Source: Pristiophorus japonicus
Taxonomy: Eukaryota
Assembly (NCBI RefSeq): GCF_044704955.1
Contig: NC_091999.1
Coordinates: 11,160,001-11,224,000, forward strand
DNA: 64,000 bases
Direction: 5' to 3'
In this document: piece after piece, positions 35,934 through 50,768 of the stretch
Numbering within the stretch: the first letter of the stretch is position 1
How the letters are laid out: each line of letters starts with the position of its first letter
Position numbers and translations under genes: made by a program
Notes under the pieces: generated by a model
Seen by the model: the letters and a program-made list of their open reading frames with translations, nothing else
What the model was told of the DNA's origin: nothing
The model's database searches: none

Positions 35934-37986
35934 GATGCCTAGTTAAAGAGTTTGACAGCAAAGAGCGGAATGTTTTATATATGTTGACCCTTCTAGTGTG
36001 ATATTAAAGAGTAAACTCAGATCAGCGCAAGCTTCACTTATTGGGAAACTGAGGGGTGTTTCGCATTGACAAGATTGGCTGGTCTCTCAGAGCTGACGAC
36101 AGTTTTGCACCAGTCAGTGTTAGTTAGAGACGAATTACTTTCTCTGCCTGTTTCGCTTTCTGTCTCTCTGGCTTTCACTGTGTCTCTGTCTCTCTCTTTG
36201 TCTCGGTGTCTATCTGTCTGTCTGTCTCTGTCTGTCGTTAGCTCTGTCTCTCTCTCTCTTCCTATCGTATTTCATAAAGGTGCCGTGTGGAGAAAACGTA
36301 TTTGTCTCAATCTCTTTTTTCAACGCAACAAAGTGCTCAATTAATAGATGCAGGTATAAGTGATAATAGACGATAACCGAAGATCACGAACATGTTTGAA
36401 ATGGCTGCAGATACTTTAGAAATCCCACAATATATTAGAGAGGTGTGAAACATGAGGCAAATCTGCATAATCTGCATGTGGTACGGTACGTTAGAGTTGG
36501 AATTGTTGTGTTTTCATATTCTTTTAAGTGAGCTTCATTCATGAGTCATATCTTGGGCATTGCAAATAAACAATGGGCATTAGCAGGATTTACACTGAAG
36601 TTGTCTTTAACACTGTGTATATACATATCTGCATTTTATTATATAATAATAAAAGAAGAAGAATATTACATCATCACGCAACAACATCCATCAGCAAATT
36701 GAGAATTCAGTGAATTCTCAGTCTGAGGTACATATAACCTTCATATCACCACCAGAATGAGCGCCCTCAAAGTGTTTGCTGTTAACTGCTGCTGATTAAT
36801 CACACCATCACATGGTACTTGCAGATGAGGAACACCGTTCGACCCATCATAATGTATCCTTCCTGAACCCAGTCCCCCTAATTTCCTTTATTTCTTACTT
36901 ATTAATTCCATGATGTTGGACTTTGTCACTTTGTTCATTTCAAGTGACGGTCACTTTCTGTGTGACCCCCAATCTCTTCAACTTATTCCTAAAGTTATCT
37001 TTTACAAGTTTGAACCTGGATACACTTGTCCTAATGCCACTGTATAATTTAAGCCATTTTCTGGATTAACACTTTTCTATATCACGTTTTACCGTACATA
37101 TTTATGTAATTTTTTGTTTATCCTTGAATTCACAGATATTGTTTCTCTCACTCTCTCTCCCTCTCACTGCTTCTCTCACTGTCACTCTCTGTTTCTCACA
37201 GTGCCTACATCTGTTTCTCTCGCTGTGTCTATAGTTGTTTCACACTCTTTTTCTCTTTCTGAATATATCATTGTCCCTTTATTGGTTTCTCTCCGTTTCA
37301 CTCTCCGTGTTGCTGTATCTGTTTTCCTCTCCCTGTCTTTCCCACTGATTCTCTCACTGTTCTTCTCATCTGTCCCATAGTTGTCTTCCTGTAATTTCAT
37401 CTATTTACCTCCCCATCTCTCTCTCATTTTTCTCACTTTCTCTCCATTTTTCTCACTCCGTCTCCCCTTTAATTTCTCTCCCTGTATACCCATCTGTAGA
37501 TTTCCCTGTCTTTCACTCATCCGGGAAATCCTCTGGCGGTGCATTAATGTAGATAGGGCCCGAATGCACACCTGATCCAAACAATGGCAAACAGGGAACA
37601 GCAGAAGCAATCTCTGCAATAGCACAGGCCTAAAAAGGAGGGTCAGAAGGAGAGCAGCAAATGGCTGCTTTGCACGCTGTTTCTGCAGACACAAAATTGA
37701 GTGAATTCAAGGCTTTGTTTAATTGCACAAACCACGCAACATCGCTCAGCTGCAGGGCAATGGTTGGGTCGAGAAGTCTGTGGCCTAACTGCTTCTGCTT
37801 ACTGGGCAATTGATAGGAAATAAGCAGAGTTGGAACGAAAAGAATGGATTGCACAGCATCAGAATTAATGACCACGTTAAAGCAGCTCTAATCGACTATG
37901 TTGAAACATAATTTCTGGCCCATATGTTTTTATATATAATCAACAAACCCGAGATCCCCTGAATAACCTTATTCTGAGCAAATTAC

Positions 37987-38002
37987 GCCAGCAGAGGGTG
38001 CC
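37987..38002 (+). promoter_or_regulatory. Intergenic CTCF motif
   Basis: GCCAGCAGAGGGTGCC, followed within 50 bp by GTGACGTG and CCAAT. Confidence 0.55.
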
Positions 38003-38418
38003 AATATCATACGTTGGTCACTGGAAAGTGACGTGATGCAAACGCCAATGGCAACAGCGATCGAAGCCTGAGTGTTATCACAATGGTGCTGACCCCTGCA
38101 GTGAATGGGTGGAGCAAGGGAATAGGCCCCGATTTGCTTGTCGTCTTCTCAGTCTCTGCCACATTCAATTCAAATTCACTGCGACATATTGCGAATAATC
38201 CTGGTGACTGTGTTGGACCGTAATTATTGTATTATATTAAACAACACAGGTTAACTGATTGATGCATACAGCTTGTGCAGGAGCTCGGTGCAATTAGTAA
38301 TCACAAACATTAATATGGTGGTCAGCTGAGTAGATGGGAAAATAACCACTGTGATACAGATAGGTGCAAGTTTAGTTCGCTGCTGGTTAACTTTTTGTTC
38401 TTTTACTCCCCAATCTTC

Positions 38419-38740
38419 ACATAGAAACATAGAAACATAGAGAATAGGTGCAGGAGTAGGTCATTCGGTCCTTCGAGCCTGCACCACCATTCAATAAGAT
38501 CATGGCTGATCATGCACTTCAGTACCCCATTCCTGCTTTCTCTCTATACCCCTTGATCCCTTTAACCATAAGGCCCACATCTAACTCCCTTTTGAATATA
38601 TCTAACGAACTGGCCTCAAGAACTTTCTGTGCTCGAGAAATACACATGCTCACAACTCTCTGAGTGAAGAAGTTTCTCGTCATCTCGGTCCTAAATGGAT
38701 GATCCCTTATCCTTAGACTGTGACCCCTGGTTCTGGACTT
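38419..38740 (-). mobile_element. CR1 3' end fragment
   Basis: (CATAGAAA)n tail and SRTRGHSLRIR..RNFFTQRVV. Confidence 0.9.
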
Positions 38741-39480
38741 TGACAGGTGGACTGTGTACAGATCCAGTAACTGAGTCTCTGTGAACAATTGTCAGCAGTA
38801 GGTTTGGTGCAGTTGGATTGGGAATGTAAAACTCCGGATATTTATTACATGGAATCGTATCGGTAGAAACAGGCACAGCCTCCAAGCTGGATAATTATCA
38901 AAGTAGCAGCACTGAAGGGTGTCGAAATCGCGGCCGGCTGCTAACATCTCTCTAACGTACGGTTAACTCAAGATAAGCGGCCTGAGTGCGGAGATTGGGG
39001 AACTCTGTGCTTGGGGCTTGTTTTAAAGAGCACAGTCACGACTTTGTGAAATCTGTTGATTGTGTGTAAACAGACTCCGAACCAGCAACATACTCTGATG
39101 CAATAAACCCTGTGCACAGGCCCCGATCACTGGGTCCGGAAACTAACTGGGGCGATGTGTAAATGGATACACAATACTGGGATCTAAACCCGCCCTACAG
39201 CTACCTCTGGTGTCTAAACCTGCCCTACACCTCACACTAGGGTCTGAACACCCCCACACATCACCCTGGGCTCTGATCCCCTCTAAACCTCACCGCGGGC
39301 TCTGAACCCACCCTACACCTCACCCTGTGGGCTCTGAACCCACACTCCCCCTCAACCTGTGGGTTCTGAACCCCCTATACATCACTCTGGGCTCTGAATC
39401 CCCCCACTCCCCACACCTCACATAAGGGTTCTGACTGCTTCCCACGCTCTGCTCCTGGGAGCTTTATGCAGACGAGTGGT

Positions 39481-42400
39481 AAACATAGAAACATAGAAAC
39501 ATAGAAACATAGAAACATAGAAACATAGAAAATAGGTGCAGGAGTAGGCCATTCAGCCCTTCAAGACTGACCACCATTCAACATGATCATGGCTAATCAT
39601 CACCTCAGTACCCCTTTCCTGCTTTCTCTCCATACCACTTGATACCTTCAGCCATAAGGGCCATATCGAACTCCCTCTTGAATATATCCAACGAAATGGC
39701 ATCAACAACTCTCTGCGGTAGAGAATTCCACAAGCAAAGAAATCTCTGAGCGAAGACGTTTCTCCTCATCTTAGTCCTAAATAGCTTACTCCTTATCCTT
39801 AGTCTGTGTCCCCTGTTTCGGGACTTCTCCAACATCGGGAACATACTTCCTGCATCTAAACTGTCCAGTCCCGTCAGAATTGTATATGTTTCCATGAGAT
39901 CCCTCTCAACCTTCTAAACTCCAGTCAATACAGGCCCACTCGGTCCAGTCTCACCTCATATGCCAGTCCTGCCTTCCCGGGAATCAGTCTGGTGAACCTT
40001 CGCTGCACTCCCTCAATAGCAAGAACGTCCTTCCTCAGATTAGGAGACCAAAGCTGCACACAATATTCCAGGTGAGGCCTCACCAAGGCCCTGTACAACT
40101 GCAGTAAGACCTCCCTGCACCTATACTAAAATCTATTTGCTATGAAGGCCAACCTACCATTTGCCTTCTTCGCCGCCTGCTGTACCAGCAGGCCAACTTT
40201 CAATGACTGATGTACCATGACTCCCAGGTCTCGTTGCACCTCCCCTTTTCCTAATCTGTCGCCATTCAAATAATATTCTGCCTTCGTGTTTTTGCCACCA
40301 AAGTGGATAACTTCACATTTATCCACATTATACTGCATCTACCATGCATTTGCCCACTCAGATAACCTGTCCAACTGACACTGCAGCCTCTTAGCATCCT
40401 CCACATAGCTCACCCAGCTAAGTGTCAACTGAAAACTTGGAGATATTACACTCAATTCTTACATTTAAATCACTGATGTATATTGTAAATAGCTGGGGTC
40501 CCAGCACTGAGTCCTGCGGCATCCCACTAGTCACTGCATGCCATTCTGAAAAGGACCAGTTTAACCCGACTCTCTGCTTCCTGTCTGCCAACCAGTTCTC
40601 TCTCCACGTCAGTACATTACCCCCATTACCATGTGCTTTAATTTTGAACAACAATCTCTAGTGTAGGATCTTGTCAAAAGAGTTTTGAAAGACCAAATAC
40701 ACCACATCCACTAGTTCTCCCCTGTCCACGCTATTAGTTACATCCTGAAAAAATTCTAGAAGAGTTGTCAAGCATGATTTCCCATTCATAAATCCAGACT
40801 TACTTGGACCGATCCTCTCACTGCTTTCCAAATGCGCTGCTATTTCATCTTTAATAATTGATTCCATCATTTTCACCACTACCGATGTCAGACTAACTGG
40901 TCTCTAATTCGCCTTTTTCTCTCTCCATTCTTTCTTAAAAAGTGGTGTGACATTTGCTAGCCTCCAGTCTACACGAACTGATCCAGAGTCGATAAACTGC
41001 TGGAAAATGATCACCAATGCATCCACCATTTCTAGCGCCACTTCCTTAAGTACTCTGGGATGCAGACTATCCGGCCCTTGGGATTTATCGGTCTTCAATC
41101 CCATCTATTACCCGAATGCAATTTCCTGACTAATGAGGAATTCCTTCAGTTCCTCCTTCTCACTGTACCCTCGGTCCCCTAGTATTTCTGCAATATTATT
41201 TGTGTCTTCCTTGGTGAAGACAGAACCAAATTATGTGTTCAATTGGTCTTCCATTTCTTTGTTCCCCATTATAAATTCACCTGATTCTGACTGCAAGGGA
41301 TCTACATTTGTCTTCACTTAACTTTTTCTCTTCACATATCTATAGAAGATTTTGCAGTCAGTTTTTATGTTCCCAGCAAGCTTCCTGTCAATCTCATTTT
41401 CCTGCTCCTAATTAAACCCTTTGTCCTCCACTGCTGAATTCTAAATTTCTCCCAGACCTCAGATTTCCTGCTTTTTCTGGCCAATTTATATGCCACTTCC
41501 TTGGATTTAACATTATCCCTAATTTCCCCTTTTAGCCACGTTTGAGCCACCTTCCCTGTTTTATTTATACTCCAGACCGTGATGTACAATTAATGAAGTT
41601 CATCCATGTGATCTTTAAATGTTTGCCATTGCCTATCCACTGTCAATCCTTAAAGTATCGTTCGCCAGTCTATTCGAGCCAATTCACGTCTCATATCATC
41701 GAAGTTACCTTTCCTTAAGTTCAGGACCCTAGTCTCTGAATTAACTGTGTCACTCTCCATCTTAATAAAGAATTCTACCATATTATGGTCGCTGTTCCCC
41801 AAGGGGCCTAGCACAACTAGATTGCTAATTAGTCCTTTCTCATTACACATTATCCAGTCTAGGATGGCCAGCCCGCTAGTTGGTTCCTCGTCATATTGGT
41901 CAAGAAAACCATCCCGAATACACTCGAGGAAAACTTCCTCCACCGTATTGCTACCAGTTCGGTTAGGCCAATGTATATGTAGATTAAAGTCTCCCGTGAT
42001 AACTGCTGTACCCTTATTGCATGCATTCCTAATTTCTTGTTTGTTGTTGTCCCCAAACTTACTACTGCTGTTTGGTCGTCTGTACACAACTCCCACTGGC
42101 GTTTTCTGCCCTTTGGTATTCCGCAGCTCTACCCATACAGATTCCACATTATCCAAGCTAATGCCCTTCCTTACTATTGCGTTAATTTCGACGTTAACGA
42201 GCAACGGTACCCTAAGTCCTTTTCCTTACTCTCTATCCTTCCTGATTGTTGTTACCCCTGGATGTTGAGTTCCCAGCTTTGGTCACCCTGGAGCCTTGGT
42301 CGCCCTGCACAGTTAATTCGACCACCTTATCACGAAGACACCTCGCATTGAGACACAGAGCCTTCAGGCTTGTCTTTTCAACTCACTTTGTCGCTTTAAA

Positions 42401-42530
42401 ATGTTGCTGAAATGTGGCCCTTTTTGATTTTTACCTTGGGTTTCTCTGCCCTCCGCTTTTACTTATCTTCTTTTTAACTTTTGCTTCTGTCCCCATTCTA
42501 CATCCCTCTGGCCCCCTGCATAGCTTCCCT
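39481..42530 (-). mobile_element. CR1 LINE, near full-length disrupted ORF2 with (CATAGAAA)6 tail
   Basis: Minus-strand ORF pieces 41650-42204 (EN), 40904-41104, 40658-40879, 40418-40654, 40126-40338 and 39605-39895. Tail at 39481-39530. Confidence 0.95.
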
Positions 42531-42832
42531 GAAACGAACTGCTAGGTTGTTTCCTGGATTATCTCTCATTGCTAATTAACCATCTGAAGATTATAGACGA
42601 TTAAATAATTAATTGCAGGTAGATGGTAGATCATAACTTACCAGATGGAACTTAAACAACATTGTAATGCAAACAATAGGGTGCATTGTGCAAAACTGTC
42701 AATTACAGGGTAAGTGTATTCTTTATGTCTGTTCCCTTGTCCTGTGCGCAGTGACCGACATTGGCTCCCAGTTAAGTAACGCCCCGATTTCAAAATTGTC
42801 ATCCTTGTTTTCAACTCCCTTTATATTCTAGC

Positions 42833-45800
42833 TGTTATATATGTGGACTTGTATTTACTCTGTACAGCCACTAGTGGGCTCATCCCTTGGAGTCCCAAGG
42901 GATCCCATAATCCCTTAGGAGAGCCGGAATTTAAGAAGGCTTAAGAAGGTTGGAGAGGCACTCTGGAGACCTGCAATAAAATATTAAGTTCACACGGTAC
43001 TTTGAGTTCACAGTATTCAGCCTGACTCTTTCTCCACATGCAACAAACCGACGACGAGATACAGATACTGATCCCAATGATGCAGAGAATAGTGGGCATC
43101 CTGGAGAAATTTTCGGAGGGAGATGATTGGGAAACTTTTGTGGAGCGACTCGACCAATACTTTGTGGCCAACAAGCTAGATGGGGAAGAGAGCACTGCGA
43201 AATGAAGGGCGATGCTCCTTACCGTCTGTGGGGCACCAACATATGGCCTCAAGCAGAATCTGCTCTCTCCTGCGAAACCCACGGAGAAATCATATGACGA
43301 TTTGTGCACACTGGTCCGAGAGCATTTGAACCCGAAGGAAAGCGTTCTGATGGCGAGGTACCGGTTCTACACCTACAAAACGTCTGAAGCCAGGAAGTGG
43401 TGAGTTACGTCACCGAGCTAAGACATCTTGCCGGACATTGCGAATTGGAAGGACATTTGGAGCACATTCTCAGAGCCTTTTCGTACTTGGCATTGGCTAC
43501 GAAACCATACTTCGCAAATTTTTGACTGTAGTGACTCCAATCTTGAGTAAGGCCATAGCGATAGCCCAGGCGCTCATTGCCACCAGTGAAATTACTAAGC
43601 AAATCTCACAGCACACAAATGTTGCTACAAGTACTGTGAACAAAGTGATGTTGTTTTCGAATCCTAATGTACAGGGCAGGTCACACATATCTGTAGATAC
43701 ATGTCCGCAGATGTCTCAGAGTCGATCATAAAGGGTGATTAATGCAAGACCATTAACACATTGTTAGCGCTGCCGGGGTGATCATCGTTTCTATTCATGC
43801 CGATTCAAAGGATACGTTTGCAAGGGCTGTGGAACAATGGGGCACCTCCAACGCATATGTCGGCGAGCTGCTAAGCCTGCTAAATCTGCAAACCACCATT
43901 TGCAGAGGAGGATCACGATGAAACAAAGCCTTCGGTAGAAGAGGCAGGTGTACCTTGAATTGTCCAACAATAATGCTGAATGTTGAACTAAATGGACTCC
44001 AGGATTCATTGGAGCTGGACACGGGTGCAAGCCCATCCATCATGGGCAAAAAGACTTTCAAAAGGTTGTGGTGCAACAAGGCCTCAAGGCCAGTCTCAAC
44101 TCCAATTCTCATGAAACTAAGAGCGTACACAAAAGAACTGATTCCTGTAATCGACAGTGCTACCATAAAGCTCTCCTACGATGGAGCGGTACATACACTA
44201 CCACTCTGGGTGGTACCGGGCGATGGTCCCACGCTGCACGGCAGGAGCAGGCTGGGAAACATACGCTGGAACTGCGATGAACTCTGAGCGCTATCGCCCG
44301 CTGACGATAATTCGTGTGCCCAGGTCTTAAACAAATTTCCTTCACTGTTCGAACCATGCATCGGGACATTCCAAGGAGCAAAAGTGCAGATCCACCTAAT
44401 TCCGTGGGCACGACCCATCCATGACAGGGCGAGAGCAGTACCATACATGTTGAGATAAAGGGTAGACATCGAGCAAGGCCGGCTGAAACGAGAGGGCATC
44501 ATTTCACTGATCGAGTTCAGCCAGTCCTATTGTCCCAGTCCTCAAGGGAGACGGCACCGTCAGAATTTGTGGCGATTACAAAATAATGATTAATCGTTTC
44601 TCCCTGCAGGACCAATACCCACTACCAAAAGCCGACAACTTCTTTGCAACGCTGGCGGGAGGAAAGACACACATGAAGCTGGATCTGACTTCAGCCTACA
44701 TGATGCAGGAACTGGAGGAATCATCAAAGGACCTCACCTGCATCAACACGCACAAAGGTCTTTTTGTTTATAAGAGGTACCCATTTGGAATCCGAACAGC
44801 AGTGGAGATATTCCAAAGAAACATGGAAAGCTTACTGAAGTCGGTCCCACACACTGTGCTCTTCCAGGGCGACATCTTGGTCACAGGTCAGAACACAGTC
44901 GAGCAACGGCAGAACTTGGAGGAGGTTCTTAGTAGATTCAACCGCGTGGGGCTCAGGTTCAAACTCTCGAAGTACGTTTTCCTGGCGCCTGAAGTGGAGT
45001 TCCTGGGAAGGAGGATTGTGGCGGATGGCATTAGGCCCACCAACGTGAAGATGGAGGCAATTGCGAACGGACCGCGGCCACAGAATGTGACGGTGCTGCA
45101 GTCATTTCGGGGACTTTTGAACTACTTTGGTAACTTCTTACCAGGTCTCAGCACTCTGCTAGACGACTACATGTCTTACTACGAAAAGGGGGCCAATGGG
45201 CTTGAGGCAAAAGCCAAGAAAATGCCTTTTTCAAAGTGAGAAAATTGTGATGCTCAAACAAATTGCTTTAGCTTTATGATCCATGTAAGCATTTGGTACT
45301 ATCATGTGATGCATCGTCGTATGGCGTAAGGTGTGTATTGCAACAAGCTAATGATTTTGGGAAACTGCAACCCGGTGCTTATGCATCCAAGAATCTGTCT
45401 GAGGCTGAGAGAGCCTGCAGCAGGCTTGAAAAAGAATCGTTAGCGTGTGTCTATGGCGTAAAGAAAATGCAGCAATACCTGTTTGGGTTAAAGTTCGAAT
45501 TGGAAAAGGACCATAAGCCACTTATATCCCATTTTCCCAGAGTAAAGGGATAAATACCAACGCATCGGCCCACATCCACAGATGGGCGCTCACATTGTCT
45601 GCATAAAACTATGCCGTCCGCCACAGGCCAGGCACGGAAAACTGCGCCGATGCTCTCAGTAGGCTGCCATTGCCCGCAGATCAAGCCATGGCAATTTAAA
45701 CATTCGAGAGTGAGCAATCACCCAGCACTGCCCGGCAGATCAAAACCTGGACAAGCCAGGACCCCTTTTTATCTCTATTCAACAGCTGTGTGCTTCACGG

Positions 45801-47333
45801 GAGCTGGTCCAGTGTCCAAGTGGAAATGCAGTAAGAGATAAAGCCATTCCAGCGGCGCAAAGATGAAATGTCTATGCAGGCAGACTGCCTTCTGTGGGGC
45901 AATCGAGTAATGTTCCCAAAGAAGGGCAGAGAAACCATCATCAATGACCTCCACTGTACCCACCCAAGCATTGTAATGATGAAAGCGAGAGCCAGATCCC
46001 ATATGTGTTGGCCCGGTATCGAAGCGGACTTAGAGTCCTGCGTTCACAAATATAATACCTGCTCGCAGTTAAGCAATATACCCAGGGAGGCGACGCTAAG
46101 TTTATGATCTTGTCCATCCAAACCATAGTCTAGAGTACTGGTCGACTATGCAGGCCCGTTCTTGGGTAAAATATTCCTTGTGGATGTAGATGCCGACTCC
46201 AAGTGTATTGAATGTGAGATAACGTTGGCTAGCACGTCCGCTGCCACTACTGAAAGCCTGCGGGCCATGTTTGCCACACACGGCTTTCCCGATGTCCTGG
46301 TGAGCGACAACGGGCCATGTTTTACCAGTGCCAATTACAAAGAATTCATGACCCGTAACGGAATCAAACATGTCACATCTGCCGCGTTTAAACCAGCGTC
46401 CAATGGTCAGGCAGAGAGAGCAGTGCAAACCATCAAGCAAGGCTTGAAGTGGGTAACTGAATTCTCACTGCAGACCTGCCGATCCAGAGTCCTGCTTAGC
46501 TACCGCACGTAACCCCACTCACTCACTGGGATCACCCTGATGAAATGATCATGAAATGAACACTTAAGACAAGGCTCTCGTTAGTTCATCCTGATCTACA
46601 TGAACAGGTAGATAGCAGGCGACTTCAACAAGGTGCATACCATGAGAGCGCAAATGTGTCACGTGAAATTGAAATCAATGATCCTGCATTTGTTTTAAAT
46701 TATGCACAAGGTCCCAAGTTGGTTCCCGGCACTGTTGTGGCCAAAGAGCGGAGCTGGGTGATTCCGGTCAAACTTTCAAATGGACCCATTCACCGGAAAC
46801 ACTTGGACCAAATCAAACTCAGATTCATGTACTAACCTGAACAACCCACCTTGGACCCTACCTTTTTTGATCCCCCAACACACACACCAGTGGCAACTGA
46901 CACCACTGTTGACCACGAAGCAGAACCCATCATCCACAGCAGCCCTGCAGGGCCCAACAATCCAGGTAGCCCAGCAAGGGCAGTTGCACAGCAGCCCAGC
47001 GAGGGCCCAACAAGTGATTAAACAACACCAGCTTTCACACCGAGATGATCAATCAGGGCAGGAAAAGCCCCAGATCAACTCACATTGTAAATAGTGGCAC
47101 TATCGACTTTGGTGGGACTGTTGTTATATATGTGGACTTATATTTACTCTGTACAGCCACCAGAGGGCTCTTTCCCCGGAGTCCCAAGGGACCCCATGAC
47201 CCCTTGGGAGCACAGGTACTTAAGAAGGCTTCACAGGTTGGAGAGGCACTCTGGAGACCTGCAATGAAAGACTAAGGTCACACGTAACTTTGAGCTCACG
47301 GTATTCAATCTGATTCTTTCTCCATACACAACA
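42833..47333 (+). mobile_element. Full-length decayed Ty3/Gypsy LTR retrotransposon (short LTRs 42833-43045 and 47122-47333)
   Basis: TG..CA LTRs of ~212 bp with TSD CTAGC/CTAAC. PBS-like sequence after the 5' LTR, gag with CCHC relics, protease LDTGAS, RT 44586-45239, RNase H (CDASSYG..EKESLACVYGVKK) and integrase (VSDNGPCF..SNGQAERAVQTIK). It is inserted into an older L2-like repeat. Confidence 0.95.
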
Positions 47334-47879
47334 CTAACCTCTCCCTATCTCTGTAATCTTCTCCCGCCTCACAACCCGCCAAGATGTCTGCACTCTTGTA
47401 ATTCTGCCTTTTTGAGCATCTCTGATTATAATCGCTCCACCATTGGTGGCCGTGCCATCTGCTGCCTCGGCCCCAAGCTCTCGATTTCCCATCCGAAACT
47501 CACTGCCTTTTTACCTCTCCTTCAAAACGCTCTTTAATACCGACCTATTTGACCAAGCTTTTGGTCACGTGCCCTAATTACTCCTTATGAGGCTCTGCAT
47601 CAAATGTTTTATCTCACAATACTAATGTGAAGCATCTTTGGATGATTTACTACGTTAAGGGCGCTATATAGATACAAGTTGTTGTTGTTTGTTCAGTAAT
47701 AGCAAATGTCATCGATCTAATATCAGGGACTAATAAATCACTTCCCTAAATTTCGGTACCATTGTTAGTTCACCAGTGAACTAACCCGTGAGTGAAAGTT
47801 CACTGGAGTTACCCTTAACTACAGACTGTAATAAAATCCACAGAATTATAGAGAATTAAATGGCTCCTAAATAAATGTA

Positions 47880-48300
47880 CACACTCTGGAGTTTAAAAGA
47901 ATGAGAGATGATCTCGTTGAAACATATAAGATTCTTAAGGGAATTGACAAGGTATGTGCTGAGAGGTTGTGGCCCCTGGCTGTAGAGTCCAGAACTCGGG
48001 GGCATCATCTCAGGCTTAGGGGTCAGCCATTTAATACCGAGATAAGGAGGAATTTTTTCACTCGGAGGGTAGTGAATCTTGACAATTCTCTACACCAAAA
48101 GCCTGTGGAAGCTGATTCGTTGACGATATTCAAGGCTGAGATATATCGAGTTTTCACTTGAGGTGAATCAAGGGATGCGGGGGGCAGGTGGAAAAGTGGA
48201 GTTGAGGTCGAAACTCAGCCATGATCTTATTGAATGGCGGAGAAGGCTCAAAATGGTCGTATGGCCTACTCCTGCTCTTAATTATTTTGTGCTTATGTAA
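47880..48300 (+). mobile_element. CR1 3' end fragment
   Basis: MRDDLVETYKILKG..RTRGHHLRL..RRNFFTRRVVN. Confidence 0.9.
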
Positions 48301-49069
48301 ACTAAACATTTTAATAGTCCTGTGCTTCCCGGTTACAGAAACTAGATATGGGTTTCATTCCCGCCCGGACTCTAAATGTGGAACCATTCTCCTATAGGGA
48401 CGTAGACTACAGCCCAGCTTGGATTTTCAGAAATGCCTCCCACACAACACAGATCCTGAGTGGACGCATTGCTACTGTCCCCTCTGTAAACAAAGGCTGG
48501 ATTTCTGCTGTTACTGCTGTGAGGCGCAATTCCAGAGCCTCCATACATTCTTTAAAATAAGAGTTAATCAGACTGCACTGAATGGGTTTACTTCTCTGTG
48601 GACTGCAGATACAGCGGTTCCATTAATTCTGAAAGGAATGGGTCAATCAGAGTGTCCTGAATCGGTTGAATCCTCGGTAGGGTAAAGATCCAGAGTCTCC
48701 ACCCATTCTATTTGGAAAGGATTATCTCGAGATTGACTTGGTTCTAAACACCCAACGCCAGGAATGTCACTTCCGAGAGTCACTTTCACAAAGGGATGAG
48801 CTTCACCTCATTTCCCTCCACAAGGAGAGAAACGTCCTGGCCATGATGTCACTGGCATGTCCGGATGTGAACCACGGGTGAACCAAGTCCATTTCCAGCC
48901 AAACCAAGAGCAGCTAACACACGTGACTGAGACTTTAATCGGGCGTCGCTGACTTTACTCAGCAGCCTCGCCTGTTCAATGTTTTCACTTGGTTCGGGCT
49001 CTTCTAATGCAAGCTTTGAGCCGCTTTCCTCTTGAAATTGTAATTGCCAAGATGTATTACTCGATACAA

Positions 49070-49480
49070 ATGAATTTATGCTCCGTTATTCTGCTGCTGC
49101 TAACATGTAGCTACAGGAGCTGAGCTCAATAACCTGCAGTGTTTTATTATTCGCCTTGCTCCAGTGTTTTATTATCTGAATGTTTTTACTGGTCAATGTC
49201 TCTCGGACCGAGTATTGCAATCTCCGGCTGCGATAACAGTTGGAACGGAGATTTGGTGCAAATAACCTGCACCTATGTCACGTCCATCATTTACTCCATG
49301 CACTGGTACGAACATAAGTCTAGTCAGTGACTCGAGTGGGTAATAATGCGAGCATCGGATGGCAAAGGGTGCAGGGCCCGATTTTAAGTGGATCGTTCTG
49401 CTGTGGAAACATGCGGCCAATTGGTCTTTGAGAACTCGGAGAGCGGGGATACTGCTGCGTAATATTGTGCGATAGGGTCA
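49070..49480 (+). pseudogene. TCR V pseudogene, inverted paralog of the 17-kb V; leader 49070-49106, V exon 49192-49480
   Basis: Leader MNLCSVILLLLT|gtagct. Acceptor AG is changed to TG. DRVLQSPAAITV/frameshift/VQITCTY..MHWYEHKSSQ*..ENSESGDTAA*YCAIG. RSS CATACTG-23-TCAAAAACC at 49481-49519. Confidence 0.9.
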
Positions 49481-50129
49481 CATACTGAGAGGAAATGCGG
49501 CAGTCACTGTTCAAAAACCTCCATCCTGTTTACAGTTCGGTAACAGCTGCAGCAATCTCTTCAATAACATGGCAGAGGTAAAGCGGGTCAGAGCAAGAGC
49601 AACAAACGGAAGCTGAGGGCGGGGCTGCCGCAGGCAGTGTTCCCACAAGGATTGTCTCTATAATTTACATGTTGATAGCGGGTTTTATCAGAGATACTGA
49701 CATCACAGCATAAAATATTGCCCTGTGGAGCCGATCACTCAGTGAGTGCCGTCTTTGGTGTGAGGAAAGCTTTAGCATTGCTTAATTGTGGGATTATATT
49801 CAGCAGGCATGAGTCAATCACATTACTGAGTGTTGTTTTATTTTATGCTGATGTGTGACGACTCATCGAGAGCATTATGTTCATTCTGCTGTGATATTCA
49901 TGTTTATACTTAAATATCCTCCTGCATTTCTTAACTGCAGTGATTCCTTTCTGTGTAGTTGCATTGACACAAACTGGTCCACTTGCTCAGTGACAGAAAC
50001 CGAGGCCCATACAGGCCGTTTTACATCTGCCTGTCAGTCATCAGCCAGGTTCCCTCTATAATATCATTTCACTCATTGATGATATTATAATAAAGGTAAT
50101 TATGTGCTCGAGTGAATAGAACAAGGTCG

Positions 50130-50560
50130 ACTCTGCAAGGATTAGGTGTCAGCTGTTGAGGGTTCACATGTGAGTCCAGAGACTTGAGCACATAATCAAG
50201 GCTGATACTTCAGTGCAGTACTCAGGTTATGCTGAATTATTGGAGATGGGGTCTTTTGCATGAGATGTTAATCCCATATACTCTCTCAGGTGTTTGTAAA
50301 ATCTCCCAATATTTCGAAAAAGAGCAGAGCAGTTCACCGCGGTGTCCTGGCCAATAGTTATCCCTCAATAAATTTCACTAATAACATGTTATCATAAGAA
50401 TATTGCAAGTTGTGTAATCTTGCTCTGCATTGATTGCCTGTCGCGTTTCCTACATTACAACAGCAACGACATTTCAAATATTTGTGTTACCATTGCAAAA
50501 GGCTTCATGATATCCTGAGGTCGGGAAAGACGATATGTAAATGCAATGTCTTCTTGCTTT
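50130..50560 (+). mobile_element. Deu-domain-type shark SINE
   Basis: Same core as 34940-35245, plus the 5' part CCAGAGACTTGAGCACATAATC. Confidence 0.65.
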
Positions 50561-50768
50561 CATTCTTCACATTTCACTTCTGAGCCAGCAACATATATTT
50601 TTATGAGTAAGGGTAACTAGGTCTGATAATTAACAGTACAATGTCAGACCATAAATACAAGGACAGCTCAGATTTTCACCTAATCACAATGTTCCCCTGA
50701 CGCGCTGATATGTTGAGCGACGCTCTGACAGTTTTTGTACATGTCCAGCCCAGCTCCGTGTCTCTGTG

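Noticed and set aside
50705-50730. CTCF-like word behind the 50.7-kb RSS (GTCAGAGCGTCGCTC)
   Set aside because: It needs an insertion in the motif core, so it is too weak to call.
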